IMG/VR virus record: IMGVR_UViG_3300041583_000090
Span: 1 to 56,021 of that record
Length of the DNA stretch: 56,021 bases
Direction: 5' to 3' (one strand)
Origin: a virus
Taxonomy: Duplodnaviria > Caudoviricetes
Every line of letters starts with the position of its first letter. Within the stretch, counting starts at the first letter, position 1. Of this stretch, positions 21,201 to 29,898 are shown one piece after another. The notes under the pieces were generated by a model that searched no databases, had not been told where the DNA came from, and was given only the letters and a program-made list of their open reading frames with translations. The position numbers were made by a program, and so were the translations under genes.

Positions 21201-21237
21201 GGTGGAGTCTCAAAGAATTAGGAGTAGTCGGTACTAA
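12208..21237 (+). CDS. Tape measure protein with inserted cargo domains
   Basis: 3009 aa after tail chaperones; TP901-type core ('GINASEGANALKSGL', 'AIEQMFGK'), hydrophobic segments, C-terminal 'FAKGG...GTDTVPAMLTPGEFVV'. Confidence 0.93.
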   Translation: MADINPNIEINIDTSSAMASIKALQSQISVFHQSLRASGDASSIQKSNNYSKNLVNSINATGKFSASLATVAKDTNTFSNALERNKLSMAETFKYGAASSGKFGRLFKTEFATIEKVTRERVKTLQTQFVKLGSDANGAIETIKVRPLRLDMDSLATQTAINSQKQQIFNKLLKQGSTNLLNFGKNTQWAGRQLMVGFTLPLAVFGTVAGKTFMEMEEAVIKFRRVYGELSTTVSETDSMVNSIEQLAKSFTKYGIAIKDTMNLAADAAAMGKMGADLTAQVAEATRLAVLGGVDQAKALETTISLTNALGVSTEDLASKIDFLNAVENQTVTAIEDLTIAIPKAGPIIQQLGGSVEDLAFFLTAMKEGGINASEGANALKSGLASLINPAGKAVEMLQGFGINVNAIVEGNAGNVKNTVIEFAQALDTLDPLNRARAIEQMFGKFQFARISTLFKNVVDEGTQAGRVLQLTRATTEELAILSQRELQRVEDSPGYKFKKQIEDIKNELVPLGREFLKLITPIIEFASGLLKQFNSMDQGVKTFVMGLIGVLGLIAPTVIMSIGLLANGFANIIKGFGMVNTLFGRIAGVSTSAAGAMNYFTQEQLEAAAVGASLGQIHSNLVQVFSLEKGAVNALAVAYRQAAAAAGIFASVPMVPRVSSPIITKSSTGRRASSPGGVLPPTIPGYAKGILSLPGRKGAGDILPAMLAPGEAVIPAKQSQKYSAFLQAIMNDEVPGFAKGVMLGMPGSGKSTSKNRDAGQQVYESFLQSSYRNVPPTNYGHQLSPTSGHSFPIFGLGGVYMAPDGKKVFVKPVVDENSANAEMRGTQIARQVHGLKAPEQKITVIADPNDPTRTRRFLALESKLDSTFINNDPMALFNEPQYFQQLVASLLRVDKDLSAGNVFGNTVADVGPAGVFKRASGIRAFEPNLPSMEEQATINLLGIKGGAKRAFAESTLGLMAGMTPQQYHQKMITEIQQVLPLLKKTVAGFGLTNPQEADSYQNMIKRLESGLGVNWSRFHTMHSAVKVAKPRQSTKPIPGFADGVLSVPGPKGAGDVIPAMLSPGEAVIPADKAKKYRGFISSLIAGNVPGFELGTGNVGGAPQRLNEIMSFVDPRRRSATASSGIIDQAGGNSKALASDLAEAGVSAKNAMKILSEAADKAKMGLEEFNSYVSLVKKSTADAPKNKQGLVQNSQKLVSDVRSNSGFNPKNQGGSFTHVGSGTELSAGEILKRSGSGDLKLSPGQAKNIQSMDPSKLVGVKSGLGLSNFDQETNRQLDKGGADVSRFSEAFDEAGLEKWNDSIRFGGGKVEDLAGQAQTLDQEFRKLISSLPEGTKVFDTDSKRQDYESATGKTGASVESMYGTARGQAKAKGASNLAGVMDTAQATPTEIRDTGTSPGKKRRALGPKMAELQVTPAKDSISDTSMYTDKTISEMEARGQDLYTLARDRNSPHRQAGPDGEDDAKAYNKGFNSSSAKGRSTPPPIPEASEKLKQSSTLPDSFHAAMGASQFEPPKEAKKEIKSAIGGMFREMSGSVKNQAKTKAKELGEKMIMPFAKHLAKGTGNILVSEYQKENVNYDSDTGVTTSQETGQVLSDEAGFDAANIATDEQGNPILTQNGDPMTREAYGKGIKKQASAMKRQRMAGKAFGALSVATMGAGMMSGQEGPVGDVARQVMPILGALAMIGPMLLALAAPIAILVGVVGLVAFGLFKYNQELNKVRKESRELGESLASGSKAMDRFAQFAGTVSPTEIMNQRRAGLGTQVTEVLGKSEFASNFIASDQGKELVKTVEDGLKTLGRSDTMSRVSNQLAMAVATGILTQEQASNIALELGRTLEDFSFTMGVVGELQDLLGPNGEKLLDGEPIDLFISMSKSSAKSFSNTVKGALESLSSDEGWMSAFGFGEEAKISFTAGAITGFFEEQQMQLDGLAVAQQKSIDKILEEARALEASGKVQQANAKFAEAELLRDSQLSDRVLMQKEYSSALEETLGLLDAGDSKYANMSVAQIQEDILSQDRFGTVSPEDALGRAERIFENDGAILGDIDKYAQRTLESMTQGIKDRFAEADEFTKKMITGALSSISSGSGLTVRAKLLLTSAIGSGALEPKQIAMLVDMFDPDVEEDAKQLEIIANVGLSLGQGGMQQAVVAIDSLVKDIVNEAERKKKAVDLLSFIDLQVKKSPTMANQILDLVSMLGTYSDQVGGENVIDYIVKLDEKSMKTMMSKLSKMQRLVDRATDPITVETLIEQKVITDKSAIAAFKGDQEYFQQLDPVSQFLYVQTFLAVIGTITDAEAIASLKTKGVAQEGESRTISGPKGRGSRTLASYSQQQIDDSRASIGAGIAESVTDIVGSFTGDKGTKEGAGGGGSKSDPFENILNRLKQVRDASINAAGGVKELMKFLGGKKSITIFDGMDQQMLLKGYNSEFRSFVTSLDEAARGEFATFEKGVLKVTAAGKAMNKAFSEATLGDYQISLSQGLADVNMQIRAMTKLTEAGMSNKDAFEVLADANLAYAISMAATTEEVQKLIKDFNALTTAKKKLANSTVEGMEAEVSEAFSKINEFFSAKEQAVTLKFEADTKSLTNVTDGVIALAQKEIQDYQYTIDDLSYELDLLVEKETEINDKYDKRINALEKVQEINQSILDQQSSQLSVAEALSSGDIAAAARAVRELRSKQASSRKESFSKDLDLSRERELESLRSTSGKSRIQLEREMKDIQAQIAIIEETRLEPAQKLLSSLERARDVALEAIGENGYLGKTKAEWALVENGVRLAKVEAEGYKKAILDALDLMEKLRLGYAEGTKKEESPESGLPKVKTSVFQASPVSVDRPTAEKAVASAIKSGSASDPLNFANQIKSAVLDNRAEAVAIRQGVAAGTATAAQKATLKQLEKTNIGLMTKSGLKFAKGGLVPKYFMSGGTVKGYAFGGLARGTDTVPAMLTPGEFVVKRSAVNSYGVDKLKAINNGQAQSPNSVYNYSLTVNTQNGSNPDDIARTVISSLKRVESQRIRSSRY
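14260..14430 (+). repeat. TMP internal ~57-aa repeat, copy 1
   Basis: PGYAKGILSLPGRKGAGDILPAMLAPGEAVIPAKQSQKYSAFLQAIMNDEVPGFAKG. Confidence 0.9.
15322..15492 (+). repeat. TMP internal ~57-aa repeat, copy 2
   Basis: PGFADGVLSVPGPKGAGDVIPAMLSPGEAVIPADKAKKYRGFISSLIAGNVPGFELG. Confidence 0.9.
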
Positions 21238-21863
21238 TGGCAACCTCAGCTTACATGAGCAACAGAAGTAAGTACGGCCGACCACAGGCCATGCTCTGGG
21301 CAGAGAACCCTGGAAGAATAGAGGCAGGGGCCTACATACCTAACGGATACGAGGTGGGGTATGACAACGAAGAAATCTCAGACCTTACCCAGTTAAACCA
21401 GTTTTTAATCTTGTCGGACCACAATCGGTCATCCCTCGAGTTTAGCATAGATAGAATAGAGCAAAGAGAGAGAATGGTTAACGGCAGAATGAGGTCATAC
21501 CATATTGCTGATAAACTGCAGGCTTCTTTATCCTGGAGCATGTTACCTTCTAGGTCTTTTAGGGACTCCCCCTCATTCTCAGAAACAGGAATTGCAAATT
21601 ACTCTACCGATGATCGTTACACTATAGACGGTGGTGCGGGAGGAGTTAGCTTGCTCTCCTGGTATGAGTCACACCCCGGACCTTTCTGGGTTTATTTGGC
21701 ATACGACAAGTTCAACAAAGATGGAGTTGAAGATTACTCCAAGTTGGCAGAGTATAACCAGGTTGTTGAGATGTACATCTCAGATTTTTCGTATAGCGTA
21801 GTAAAGCGAGGAACGAGCAATCACGATTTCTGGGATATTTCGGTATCTCTAGAAGAGGTATAA
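21237..21863 (+). CDS. Putative distal tail protein
   Basis: 208 aa directly after TMP; 'ERMVNGRMRSY', 'LSWSMLP', 'WDISVSLEEV'. Confidence 0.65.
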   Translation: MATSAYMSNRSKYGRPQAMLWAENPGRIEAGAYIPNGYEVGYDNEEISDLTQLNQFLILSDHNRSSLEFSIDRIEQRERMVNGRMRSYHIADKLQASLSWSMLPSRSFRDSPSFSETGIANYSTDDRYTIDGGAGGVSLLSWYESHPGPFWVYLAYDKFNKDGVEDYSKLAEYNQVVEMYISDFSYSVVKRGTSNHDFWDISVSLEEV

Positions 21864-24800
21864 TGTTTTTAAACGATGAACTAAATAATCACCTCTTAAC
21901 CTCTCCAACAGTAAAGAGCAACTCTAAGATAATTGTAGAGTGGAACCTTAATGCACACGACAACATATCCAAGATCGGGAACTACCGCTATCGACCACTG
22001 GAGGGGCCATCATCAGAGTTAGGGTACCTTCCTTCCTTCTTTGACGCAAACGATGAAGGTGGTTTTTACACGGGGGCAACAGGCTCGGATGTAGTTCTTG
22101 ACGGAGGCATCGATGAAGATGGAACGCCTCTCTTGCTACAGCAGCCCAAGCAGAAAGAAAAGCTTCTCTATTCTTTAGAGGACTGCTTTGCAAGGTTTAG
22201 GCCAAGGTCTGGAATCAACAAGGTTCGTTTTGGAATTACAGAGTTTGTTCATAATGCAAATCCTGATATGGCCAGAAGGCCAAGGTACTATATGTCACAC
22301 AAGGATGATAAGTTTAAGTACTGGTCGTCTTATCGTATAGAGAATGACGTAGAGTATGGAATAGCTAACGCGTCTCCACTTGGGATTAATCATATTAATG
22401 ACGCTGCACCTTTTGTTATTTACGAAGAGCCTGTAGCCACGAATAAGATAGTGGTAAAGGTTCAGACTAACGTAGGAACCATAAAGTCAGAGAGAGTGCT
22501 TAATATTTCTGGCGAAACTGGTGACCCACTCTTTGGAGATGAGAATAAAACTACTCCTTCAGACTGGGGAATAGATGTCTTGGTCAATGATCAATGGCAG
22601 AACGTGATTAACTTTTTCCCAGAAAGCACTAGAGCAGACGGCTCCCCCGTTATGGGACCAGATGGTTACCTAGAGATCTCGTACGGTCTGATCATACCCA
22701 AAAGGTACCAAGAAACTTTTAATTTTAACTATGTGTTATCCTCTTACACGGGCTTACCTAGCTCAGGCTTTGAGGGCGAGGCTTTTCTGGTCAAGGAGTC
22801 AGACTTAGATAAAGGGCTTTATTATATTTGGATAAACAATGGGTACGAGCAGTTTACCCCAGAGTACGGGTGGAAGCTTTCTGAACAGGAGGCTTCTCCA
22901 CAGTCAGAGTTTATTTCAAATATAGGCAATCCCGATTCGTTTGCTGTTCCGAATGAAACCTCTTTACAATTCAGAGAGTTTCAGTATATCTCTGGAATAA
23001 GACTTGCGGTCAGGAGAATGAACAAATTTAATTCGGTACTAGATCTAATAGAGATCTCTCCTAGGTTATGTGTAGACATAACAGATATAACAAATAGTTA
23101 CAGCGTATCAAAGATAGCGTCTGACTTGGGTAACACGGGGCTTCCCGTAGGACAGTTGCTCGCCTCCGTAGGCTCCTTAGAACTCTTTGACCCAGAGCAA
23201 GCTTTTAATAAAAGTAACGAGAAAGCTATCGTCCCCTTTAGCTCAATAAAGAACATGCAAGTAAGGATATATGATGTTATCTCTTATCAGCAAGACCTTT
23301 CTTCTAACCGTAAAAACATTTTTTATGTACCAATAAAAACAATGTACGCAGATTCATTCCCTGAAATATCTTCGGACACAAGGTCAGTATCTTTAGCTCT
23401 TAGAGATTTATACTTTTATTTCGAGTCTCTTCCAGCACCAGATATACTGCTTACCAATATATCCCTGTCCTCAGCAGTCTCAACACTGCTAGATTACATA
23501 GGGTTCTCTAACTATGTATTCAAAAGGTTGCCACAGGAAAGCGAAGATGTTATACCCTTTTTCTACTGTAAGTCAGACAAGACTGTTGCAGAGGTTCTCC
23601 AAGATCTAGCTGTCTCAACTCAAAGCGCGATGTTCTTTGACGAGAGCAACAACTTTATTGTGATGAGTAAAAACTATATGATACCATCATCTGCAGAGAG
23701 GCCTACGGATATGACCCTTCTAGGGGCAGAGGTCTCAGATCAGACAGAGGAAGAGATTCAAGAAGCAGCTGATTTTGGCATAGTTACTCCAGCTAATTTG
23801 CCTAACATTATTTCTATTTCATCTCAGAACGACTCTATTTTTAATGATGGAAAGATAGCTTATAAATCCCTGTATATTCAAAAGAGCCAGGCCAACTCCT
23901 CCCAATCATACAAGCTAGACTCTAGTAAGAGTTGGGTATACAAGCCGGTTCTTCTTTGGGAGGCAGCGGGGGAAGAGGCCTCGAAAGCCCGGAACGAGCA
24001 GATATCTACACAAAATGCATATAGCCTGACAGCAATACCTCTAAAATCAGATTTATCAAACTCTGTACCGCATGTAAGAAATGGAGTAGTGGTTTCTAAT
24101 ATCCTAGACCTAGGAGAAGCTGTTTACTGGCTTGGCCGTTACAACGGATACTTCTACGCCGCAGGAGAAATCATAAGGTTTGACGCTGTAGAATACAGTA
24201 TACCTAACATATCAGAATCAATCTGGCTAACAAGCATAGATGACTACCAGAACTATTTTTCTAAAATATCTTTTGGCGGCAAGATGTACCCCACTGGCAG
24301 GGTACGAATTTTTTCAGAGCCGAACTACAAAAACATTAATGACAGTTTGGTCTTGGTTGAGGGTGCTGTTTCCAAGCATGGTCGCGGCCAATTCGGCACT
24401 GCGATTACCAGCCATTATGCTGGGATAGATCTTTCTTGGACGGATGGATCTAGAATCAATGGTATCGGGATGAATTCTAAGTTCTTATTTGACAGTAGCG
24501 GGGAATCGGAAATAGAGTCTGCAGAAAGCCTCCCGCCAGACATAAGAGCAGTCTACAACAACATCCTAATCGCTAAGTCAGACATCAAGCAGCTCTATGA
24601 GAACATTAGCTCTTTGATCATAGGCGAACTTAGCACACCTATTGGGGGGGTGAACCAAGCTGTTTTGAGTCTACGTTCCCAGATTAATATAAAAGAAATT
24701 TTTGTAAAGTCCAAGATGTTAGAGTTAAAGTCATATATTGAAACATCTTCAAAGTACCCCAGCTCTTCCTCAGCTCTGTCTCAGGCTAGACGTACCCAAG

Positions 24801-26455
24801 TTACTGGCAAGATTAAAAACTTTATGGCATACTCTCATTCTTCAGAGAATCCAGAAAGCTCTTCCCTGTCAACAGATACCGAGATGGTTCAGGCTTCTGC
24901 TCTGATCATGGATGGGGCTAGTTCAACCGACCCCAACTACTCTGCCATAAATCACATAACCTATGCCTTTTCATCCCAAACAACAATTCCTGGACCTGGC
25001 ATATCTGCTATCAGAGACACCCTTCACACTCATTTTGGAACTAGAATGAGGATTATCGGTAGGGTGTCAGCTTCAAGCGAATCTGCTCAAGAAGCTAGCG
25101 GGGCAATGACATATGTCACGGTAGAGACGACATCTCCCGAGGATAAGGCAACCATAACAGGAGGCAGCGGAGGAATAGCTGGATTGCTTAACAGCAAAAC
25201 AGGAGAGGGGTATTATTTTGAGATAGCGGCGTTAGACTCTCTTAATATAGACAAGTACTCTGCTTCAAATATGTTTTTCTACAAAATTATTTCGAGTGGC
25301 TCAGACCAAGAGTCATCATCATTGCCTCAGCTTTTGTGGAAAGGTGTTTCAGATATTCTAGTAGACGGTGGAGATTTTGCTGGACAAAGCAGAGTCTTTG
25401 CACAAGAAAATCAAACAGTGTATGATCTTGCTTTCGAGTACGTTGAAAATATCGATGGAACTAGGACGTTCTTCCTTTATTTAAATGGAACACAGATAGC
25501 AACAGTTGTTGACACATCTCCAATTGTTGCTGGAAACTCCTCAGCATTGTTTATTCGGGGAACCTCGAAATGTATGTTTGAGAATATTTACAGCATGTCA
25601 AATAACTACGCGGACAGCCCATCATCAAAGCTGGATCCAGTAGTTAGTTCTGCCTTCGGCGTCGAGGACTTGACGATAAACTCCTCGTTTTCAAAGTATG
25701 CCATAAGCGGACTTGTCCAATCGACATACTTATCATCAATTGGTCCATCTAATGTTCCGAAGTATAACATATACTATGACGAGTTTGGAACTATAATGAG
25801 AGAGGCCGCTTACCTGAACGTCAAGTATGACAAAGCCTTCCCAGCTCTTTATTCTAGGATCATTCCATCTGCTAGCAAGATTCGAACATACTGCGTGTCA
25901 TCCTACTACGGAAGTCCCTATGGTGCAGAGTTCTTGGTCTTTAACGCTACTGATACAGTCATTAGCCTAGACTCAAGTACAAACTCAGCCCTTAGAATTC
26001 AGGGCATAGCCTTCACCCAAGAGTCTGGAAACGAGCTGACTGTTGACGACTTCTTTAATAAAAAGAGTGATCTTTCAAACCCTACAATAGAAGGCGGGGT
26101 AGTCGTTTCCTCACCATTATATTCTAAGGAAAAGTTCTTGAATATAAGGAACAGCAGATCTACATACGGAAGGCAAGAGTTTACCATAGACGCTCCGTAT
26201 ATACAAAGTAGAGACACTGCAAACTCTATGATGTCCTGGCTTGCCGATAAAGTTATGGTGCCAAGAAAGTCCTTGGGGCTAAGTGTATTCTCTATCCCAA
26301 CATTGCAGCTAGGAGACATCGTTAGTATAAACTATAGCTCAAATGAAATCGATCAGGTTGCAGAGAGTGACCGTTTTGTTGTTTACCAAATAGACTATGC
26401 CAGGTCTAGCGGATCTGTAGAAATGTCTGTATACTTAAGTGAGGTGAAGGCTTAA
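21863..26455 (+). CDS. Putative tail tip / baseplate hub protein
   Basis: 1530 aa; hub-like 'VAEVLQDLAVSTQSAMFFDE' and 'PTLQLGDIVSINY'. Confidence 0.7.
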   Translation: MFLNDELNNHLLTSPTVKSNSKIIVEWNLNAHDNISKIGNYRYRPLEGPSSELGYLPSFFDANDEGGFYTGATGSDVVLDGGIDEDGTPLLLQQPKQKEKLLYSLEDCFARFRPRSGINKVRFGITEFVHNANPDMARRPRYYMSHKDDKFKYWSSYRIENDVEYGIANASPLGINHINDAAPFVIYEEPVATNKIVVKVQTNVGTIKSERVLNISGETGDPLFGDENKTTPSDWGIDVLVNDQWQNVINFFPESTRADGSPVMGPDGYLEISYGLIIPKRYQETFNFNYVLSSYTGLPSSGFEGEAFLVKESDLDKGLYYIWINNGYEQFTPEYGWKLSEQEASPQSEFISNIGNPDSFAVPNETSLQFREFQYISGIRLAVRRMNKFNSVLDLIEISPRLCVDITDITNSYSVSKIASDLGNTGLPVGQLLASVGSLELFDPEQAFNKSNEKAIVPFSSIKNMQVRIYDVISYQQDLSSNRKNIFYVPIKTMYADSFPEISSDTRSVSLALRDLYFYFESLPAPDILLTNISLSSAVSTLLDYIGFSNYVFKRLPQESEDVIPFFYCKSDKTVAEVLQDLAVSTQSAMFFDESNNFIVMSKNYMIPSSAERPTDMTLLGAEVSDQTEEEIQEAADFGIVTPANLPNIISISSQNDSIFNDGKIAYKSLYIQKSQANSSQSYKLDSSKSWVYKPVLLWEAAGEEASKARNEQISTQNAYSLTAIPLKSDLSNSVPHVRNGVVVSNILDLGEAVYWLGRYNGYFYAAGEIIRFDAVEYSIPNISESIWLTSIDDYQNYFSKISFGGKMYPTGRVRIFSEPNYKNINDSLVLVEGAVSKHGRGQFGTAITSHYAGIDLSWTDGSRINGIGMNSKFLFDSSGESEIESAESLPPDIRAVYNNILIAKSDIKQLYENISSLIIGELSTPIGGVNQAVLSLRSQINIKEIFVKSKMLELKSYIETSSKYPSSSSALSQARRTQVTGKIKNFMAYSHSSENPESSSLSTDTEMVQASALIMDGASSTDPNYSAINHITYAFSSQTTIPGPGISAIRDTLHTHFGTRMRIIGRVSASSESAQEASGAMTYVTVETTSPEDKATITGGSGGIAGLLNSKTGEGYYFEIAALDSLNIDKYSASNMFFYKIISSGSDQESSSLPQLLWKGVSDILVDGGDFAGQSRVFAQENQTVYDLAFEYVENIDGTRTFFLYLNGTQIATVVDTSPIVAGNSSALFIRGTSKCMFENIYSMSNNYADSPSSKLDPVVSSAFGVEDLTINSSFSKYAISGLVQSTYLSSIGPSNVPKYNIYYDEFGTIMREAAYLNVKYDKAFPALYSRIIPSASKIRTYCVSSYYGSPYGAEFLVFNATDTVISLDSSTNSALRIQGIAFTQESGNELTVDDFFNKKSDLSNPTIEGGVVVSSPLYSKEKFLNIRNSRSTYGRQEFTIDAPYIQSRDTANSMMSWLADKVMVPRKSLGLSVFSIPTLQLGDIVSINYSSNEIDQVAESDRFVVYQIDYARSSGSVEMSVYLSEVKA

Positions 26456-26973
26456 TGAATCAGTCAAGAGCAAATCAAGCTTCAAGAATAGTAAATATAG
26501 GATCAGCCAATACATCGGTAAAGATTCCAGAACTTTATAACGTAGATATTAATTCTGATGTAGTTCCGGATTCTGTTTTAGAGTATTTACTTTTTGAACA
26601 GATAGCTGGGCAAGAGCTTCTTCTAACCTCTAGGACGGATCTCCTTAACGGACAGAATGTTTCTTACGGAGTGATTAGCAACCTCACTGACTTGCAGTTG
26701 GACTATTCTCCGTCAAACATACTAGCTGTGCCCAACACTTTGCCAGACTTGTTTAAAGTTTATGGCTTGGTTCTCGAGAGCTATGTCCCAATCTTGGAGA
26801 TAGAAGCCGGGGGTTCCCTTTCAGGCAACGAATCTCCCAATGCCTACATAGACTTGTCAGAAGAGTCTACTACAAAAAATCAGTTAGTGATAGAGTTTAA
26901 AAATATGCAGTCTAATTATGACGTAGAGATTCAGGTTCTTTTCTCTGGTATAATTAAAGACACCATAATATAG
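26455..26973 (+). CDS. Putative minor tail protein
   Basis: Translationally coupled in tail operon. Confidence 0.5.
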   Translation: MNQSRANQASRIVNIGSANTSVKIPELYNVDINSDVVPDSVLEYLLFEQIAGQELLLTSRTDLLNGQNVSYGVISNLTDLQLDYSPSNILAVPNTLPDLFKVYGLVLESYVPILEIEAGGSLSGNESPNAYIDLSEESTTKNQLVIEFKNMQSNYDVEIQVLFSGIIKDTII

Positions 26974-26989
26974 AATAAAGAGAGTTAAT

Positions 26990-28147
26990 ATGATCACAAA
27001 TAAAGGAAAAGAAATATTCGGAAAGTACCTGGTAGGTTCTGCTCCGGCATATGCTTCTTATATCGCTATTGGTTGCGGAGCTCCACCAAATCCGGGAGGG
27101 TACGTAACAACCCCAACAAATGTTGACGAGTGGTCTCAGAAGGAAAGCTTAGATTTTGAGATGTTTCGGGTACCAATAACTTCTCGAGGATTTGTTCAAG
27201 ACGAGAATGGAAATTCTCAAGTTGTATTCTCAGCAGAGGTTCCAACCACAGAGCGATATGAAATTACAGAGGTTGGCATATTTTCTGCATCTTCAAACCC
27301 ATCCTCTGTCGGCTATGACAGCAGAACTTTATACGCGTTTACACGGGAAGAGCCATGGAAGTACCAGGAGGCCGCTCTGTTTACAGAGGATCAGCCACTA
27401 GATAATCTGGCTCCTTCGAAGGATATGACTCTTGGAATTCGGGAGAACCCCGTCATCCAGACCAACGCCACTAATAGAATGTTTAGAGACGAGAGGATTG
27501 TTCGGTCAGAGCAATCCAGGTACTTTAATAACATGGTTATGTTGTCTAGTAACTTTTCTGATTTGTCAGATTCTTCGTCAATCGCTGGGGAGTGGAACTT
27601 GGTAGACCAAGACAACATATCCCTTGCAACATCTGTAGATCTATCCAGGAACTCCCCCCTAGATCAAATAAGACTAGCCCTATCAGTTGTTGACGTAGAC
27701 GGAACATCTGGCTTTGCTCCAAATAGAGTAAGACTTTCCTTAGAGTTTACAACCATTAACAATGGAGGATCCTTCAGGTTGGATTTCGAATCATCTCCCG
27801 GAGATTTCTCATCTCAAAGGTATCGAGTATTAGAACAAACTTTAGGAGAAGGCAAGATATCTGGAACTTTTCTTTGGTCTGCCGTAAATAACGTTAACAT
27901 TTATGCCGCCGCCGTGGATCAGTTTGGGGAAGTGATTGTCGAAGCAGGAACTGAATTGCCTTACTACTATATTGCCATAGATGCAATTCGTCTAGAAAAC
28001 GTTGGGTCTAAGAATCCGCTGTATGCCATGACAGGATATACTGTTATAGAAAATACGGAAAACGGTGTCGCTCGTCCGATAGTAAAGCTTCCCAATACCT
28101 CGGCTATGGTTGAGTTTAGGCTAGGTGTAGGGGTTTATAATGGCTAA
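26990..28147 (+). CDS. Putative minor tail/baseplate protein
   Basis: 'MITNKGK...YIAIGCG...ITEVGIF' resembles tail-collar/baseplate N-terminal domains. Confidence 0.55.
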   Translation: MITNKGKEIFGKYLVGSAPAYASYIAIGCGAPPNPGGYVTTPTNVDEWSQKESLDFEMFRVPITSRGFVQDENGNSQVVFSAEVPTTERYEITEVGIFSASSNPSSVGYDSRTLYAFTREEPWKYQEAALFTEDQPLDNLAPSKDMTLGIRENPVIQTNATNRMFRDERIVRSEQSRYFNNMVMLSSNFSDLSDSSSIAGEWNLVDQDNISLATSVDLSRNSPLDQIRLALSVVDVDGTSGFAPNRVRLSLEFTTINNGGSFRLDFESSPGDFSSQRYRVLEQTLGEGKISGTFLWSAVNNVNIYAAAVDQFGEVIVEAGTELPYYYIAIDAIRLENVGSKNPLYAMTGYTVIENTENGVARPIVKLPNTSAMVEFRLGVGVYNG

Positions 28148-28586
28148 CGGAAGAATAACTCTAAGCCCAGCTTCTTGGGTAGTAAACGAGGATCACGAAG
28201 TAAGCTTTAGGTATAGAATTGTTACTAACGACTTAAACGTTAGGTCTGCCTTTTCTCCAACCTATGTCGTAGCCGTTCCAGCAATTTCAGAAATATTTAA
28301 CACCATCAGTTCGGGTATAAGCTCTAGACTTGTTGGATCTCAAAACCTAGTAGATATCGTATGGTCTCTATCCCCCAGGTATGATAGCATGCCGTACTAC
28401 GTATTCATCAAAGCACCTGGAGCATTAGAGCCTTCTTATCTGAAAGTGACTTATGAGACATCTTTCTCCCACATCCTTCCAGCTTCTAGCCCCACAGGAT
28501 CCTATGAGTTTACGGTAACAATTCCAACAACTAGCAGAACAGTTTTAGCAAATGCAATAATTTTTTCAGCCACGGTAACGATTTAA
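28140..28586 (+). CDS. Putative minor tail protein (beta-rich)
   Basis: ORF track, overlap with previous gene, tail operon context. Confidence 0.45.
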   Translation: MANGRITLSPASWVVNEDHEVSFRYRIVTNDLNVRSAFSPTYVVAVPAISEIFNTISSGISSRLVGSQNLVDIVWSLSPRYDSMPYYVFIKAPGALEPSYLKVTYETSFSHILPASSPTGSYEFTVTIPTTSRTVLANAIIFSATVTI

Positions 28587-28604
28587 TGGTATACTAGGAG
28601 AACT

Positions 28605-29051
28605 ATGGCAAAGATTCCAACACCAGACAGAGGCCAGCCACTAGATGTTTCTTACATCTATCAGATGGCTACGGCTATCAATGAGCTATCTTCTCAGGTA
28701 TCATCTCCCACGTACAAGTATGCTTCTATCGATACTTCAAGTGGAACCCAGAATAGTCTAGTCTCAAACACAAAGATAGTTGCTGGAACAATAGACATCT
28801 ACTCAACCCTGACGGACGTGTCTCCAGGTCTTGCTATCGACAAGTCTTACTCCTTTAATACTGGAGAGTTTAAGTACCCACCAATCGTAACAGCAAGCCC
28901 AGTCCTGACCTCAAAGTCTGAGAATGGTTCTGACCTTAGCGTAACGATTAAGCAAATTACTACTTCTAGAGTTGACCTCACGGTAACATTTTTCGGAACA
29001 GGTAAGGCAGCCTTGAAGGTGAACCTTATCGCTATCGGGTTACCTCTTTAG
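28605..29051 (+). CDS. Putative minor tail protein
   Basis: SD GGAG, TGGTATACT upstream; C-terminal 'FKYPPIVTAS...VNLIAIG' resembles small fibre/lectin-like C-termini. Confidence 0.5.
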   Translation: MAKIPTPDRGQPLDVSYIYQMATAINELSSQVSSPTYKYASIDTSSGTQNSLVSNTKIVAGTIDIYSTLTDVSPGLAIDKSYSFNTGEFKYPPIVTASPVLTSKSENGSDLSVTIKQITTSRVDLTVTFFGTGKAALKVNLIAIGLPL

Positions 29052-29066
29052 AAGCTAAGCCCCTAT

Positions 29067-29615
29067 ATGGCTCCCAACCCAAAGCGTGGATACAGGACTC
29101 GAGAAGAGTACAACGAGGCACCCGTTATTCCTGGTAACAAAAAGGTATACTTCTTAAATGGCAAGCTGGTGAGGGCCCATCATATCAATAGGTCTAACGG
29201 CATTATGTCCGTATATAATATAATTGATGACCAAATAGAAAGTTGTCTTATTAGTGATTTTAAAAAGAATCGGGAGAAGGCATACACTGTAGGAGAAACT
29301 GCAGACCTAGTAAACAGGCATAAGAAATACATGCCGTCACTGATGAAGCGCGAGGAGATCCCAAGGCCTACTGGCAGTCAAAAAGGTGGGGCAACAGGAT
29401 GGCAAGTGAGAAGCTATTATTCAGAGTCACAGGTAAAAGAGATCCGAGACATCCTTGCATCTTACCACATGGGTAGGCCAAGGGGAGACAAACTACTTAC
29501 GAATAACATAACTCCGACATCTCCTGAACTGACAAGACGCATGGGGCATGGTATGCTTGCATATACGAAGACAGAAGATGGAAGATTCATTCCTACTTGG
29601 TCGGAGAGTATTTAA
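29067..29615 (+). CDS. DNA-binding protein with MerR-like HTH
   Basis: 'YTVGETADLVNRH...RSYYSESQVKEIRDI' fits the MerR/excisionase winged HTH pattern. Confidence 0.6.
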   Translation: MAPNPKRGYRTREEYNEAPVIPGNKKVYFLNGKLVRAHHINRSNGIMSVYNIIDDQIESCLISDFKKNREKAYTVGETADLVNRHKKYMPSLMKREEIPRPTGSQKGGATGWQVRSYYSESQVKEIRDILASYHMGRPRGDKLLTNNITPTSPELTRRMGHGMLAYTKTEDGRFIPTWSESI

Positions 29616-29628
29616 AGACATTTGGGTA

Positions 29629-29657
29629 TTGCATGTCTTACAGATCTGTGGTACCAT
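29629..29657 (+). promoter_or_regulatory. Sigma-A-type promoter for the replication block
   Basis: TTGCAT-17 nt-TACCAT with extended TG. Confidence 0.55.
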
Positions 29658-29688
29658 ATAATACAATAAGTTCTATGAGAGGGACATT

Positions 29689-29898
29689 ATGGAAATCGAA
29701 AGTACTAAAGTAACGGTAGCATTAGGCTACACATTAAACCTTGGAAACTTCCAATCACTTAGAGTGGACATTGGTGTTACGGACTCAAGGCGTGACTCAG
29801 AAAATATTGAACAGGCCTTTGACCGTATCTACGCATTCGTAGAGGGCAAGCTTGGGGAGAAAGTCACTGAGGCATCTCAGGAGTTAGAGACTAAGTAA
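29689..29898 (+). CDS. Small conserved-type phage protein
   Basis: SD GAGGG; 'GYTLNLGNFQSLRVD' pattern common in small phage proteins. Confidence 0.7.
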   Translation: MEIESTKVTVALGYTLNLGNFQSLRVDIGVTDSRRDSENIEQAFDRIYAFVEGKLGEKVTEASQELETK

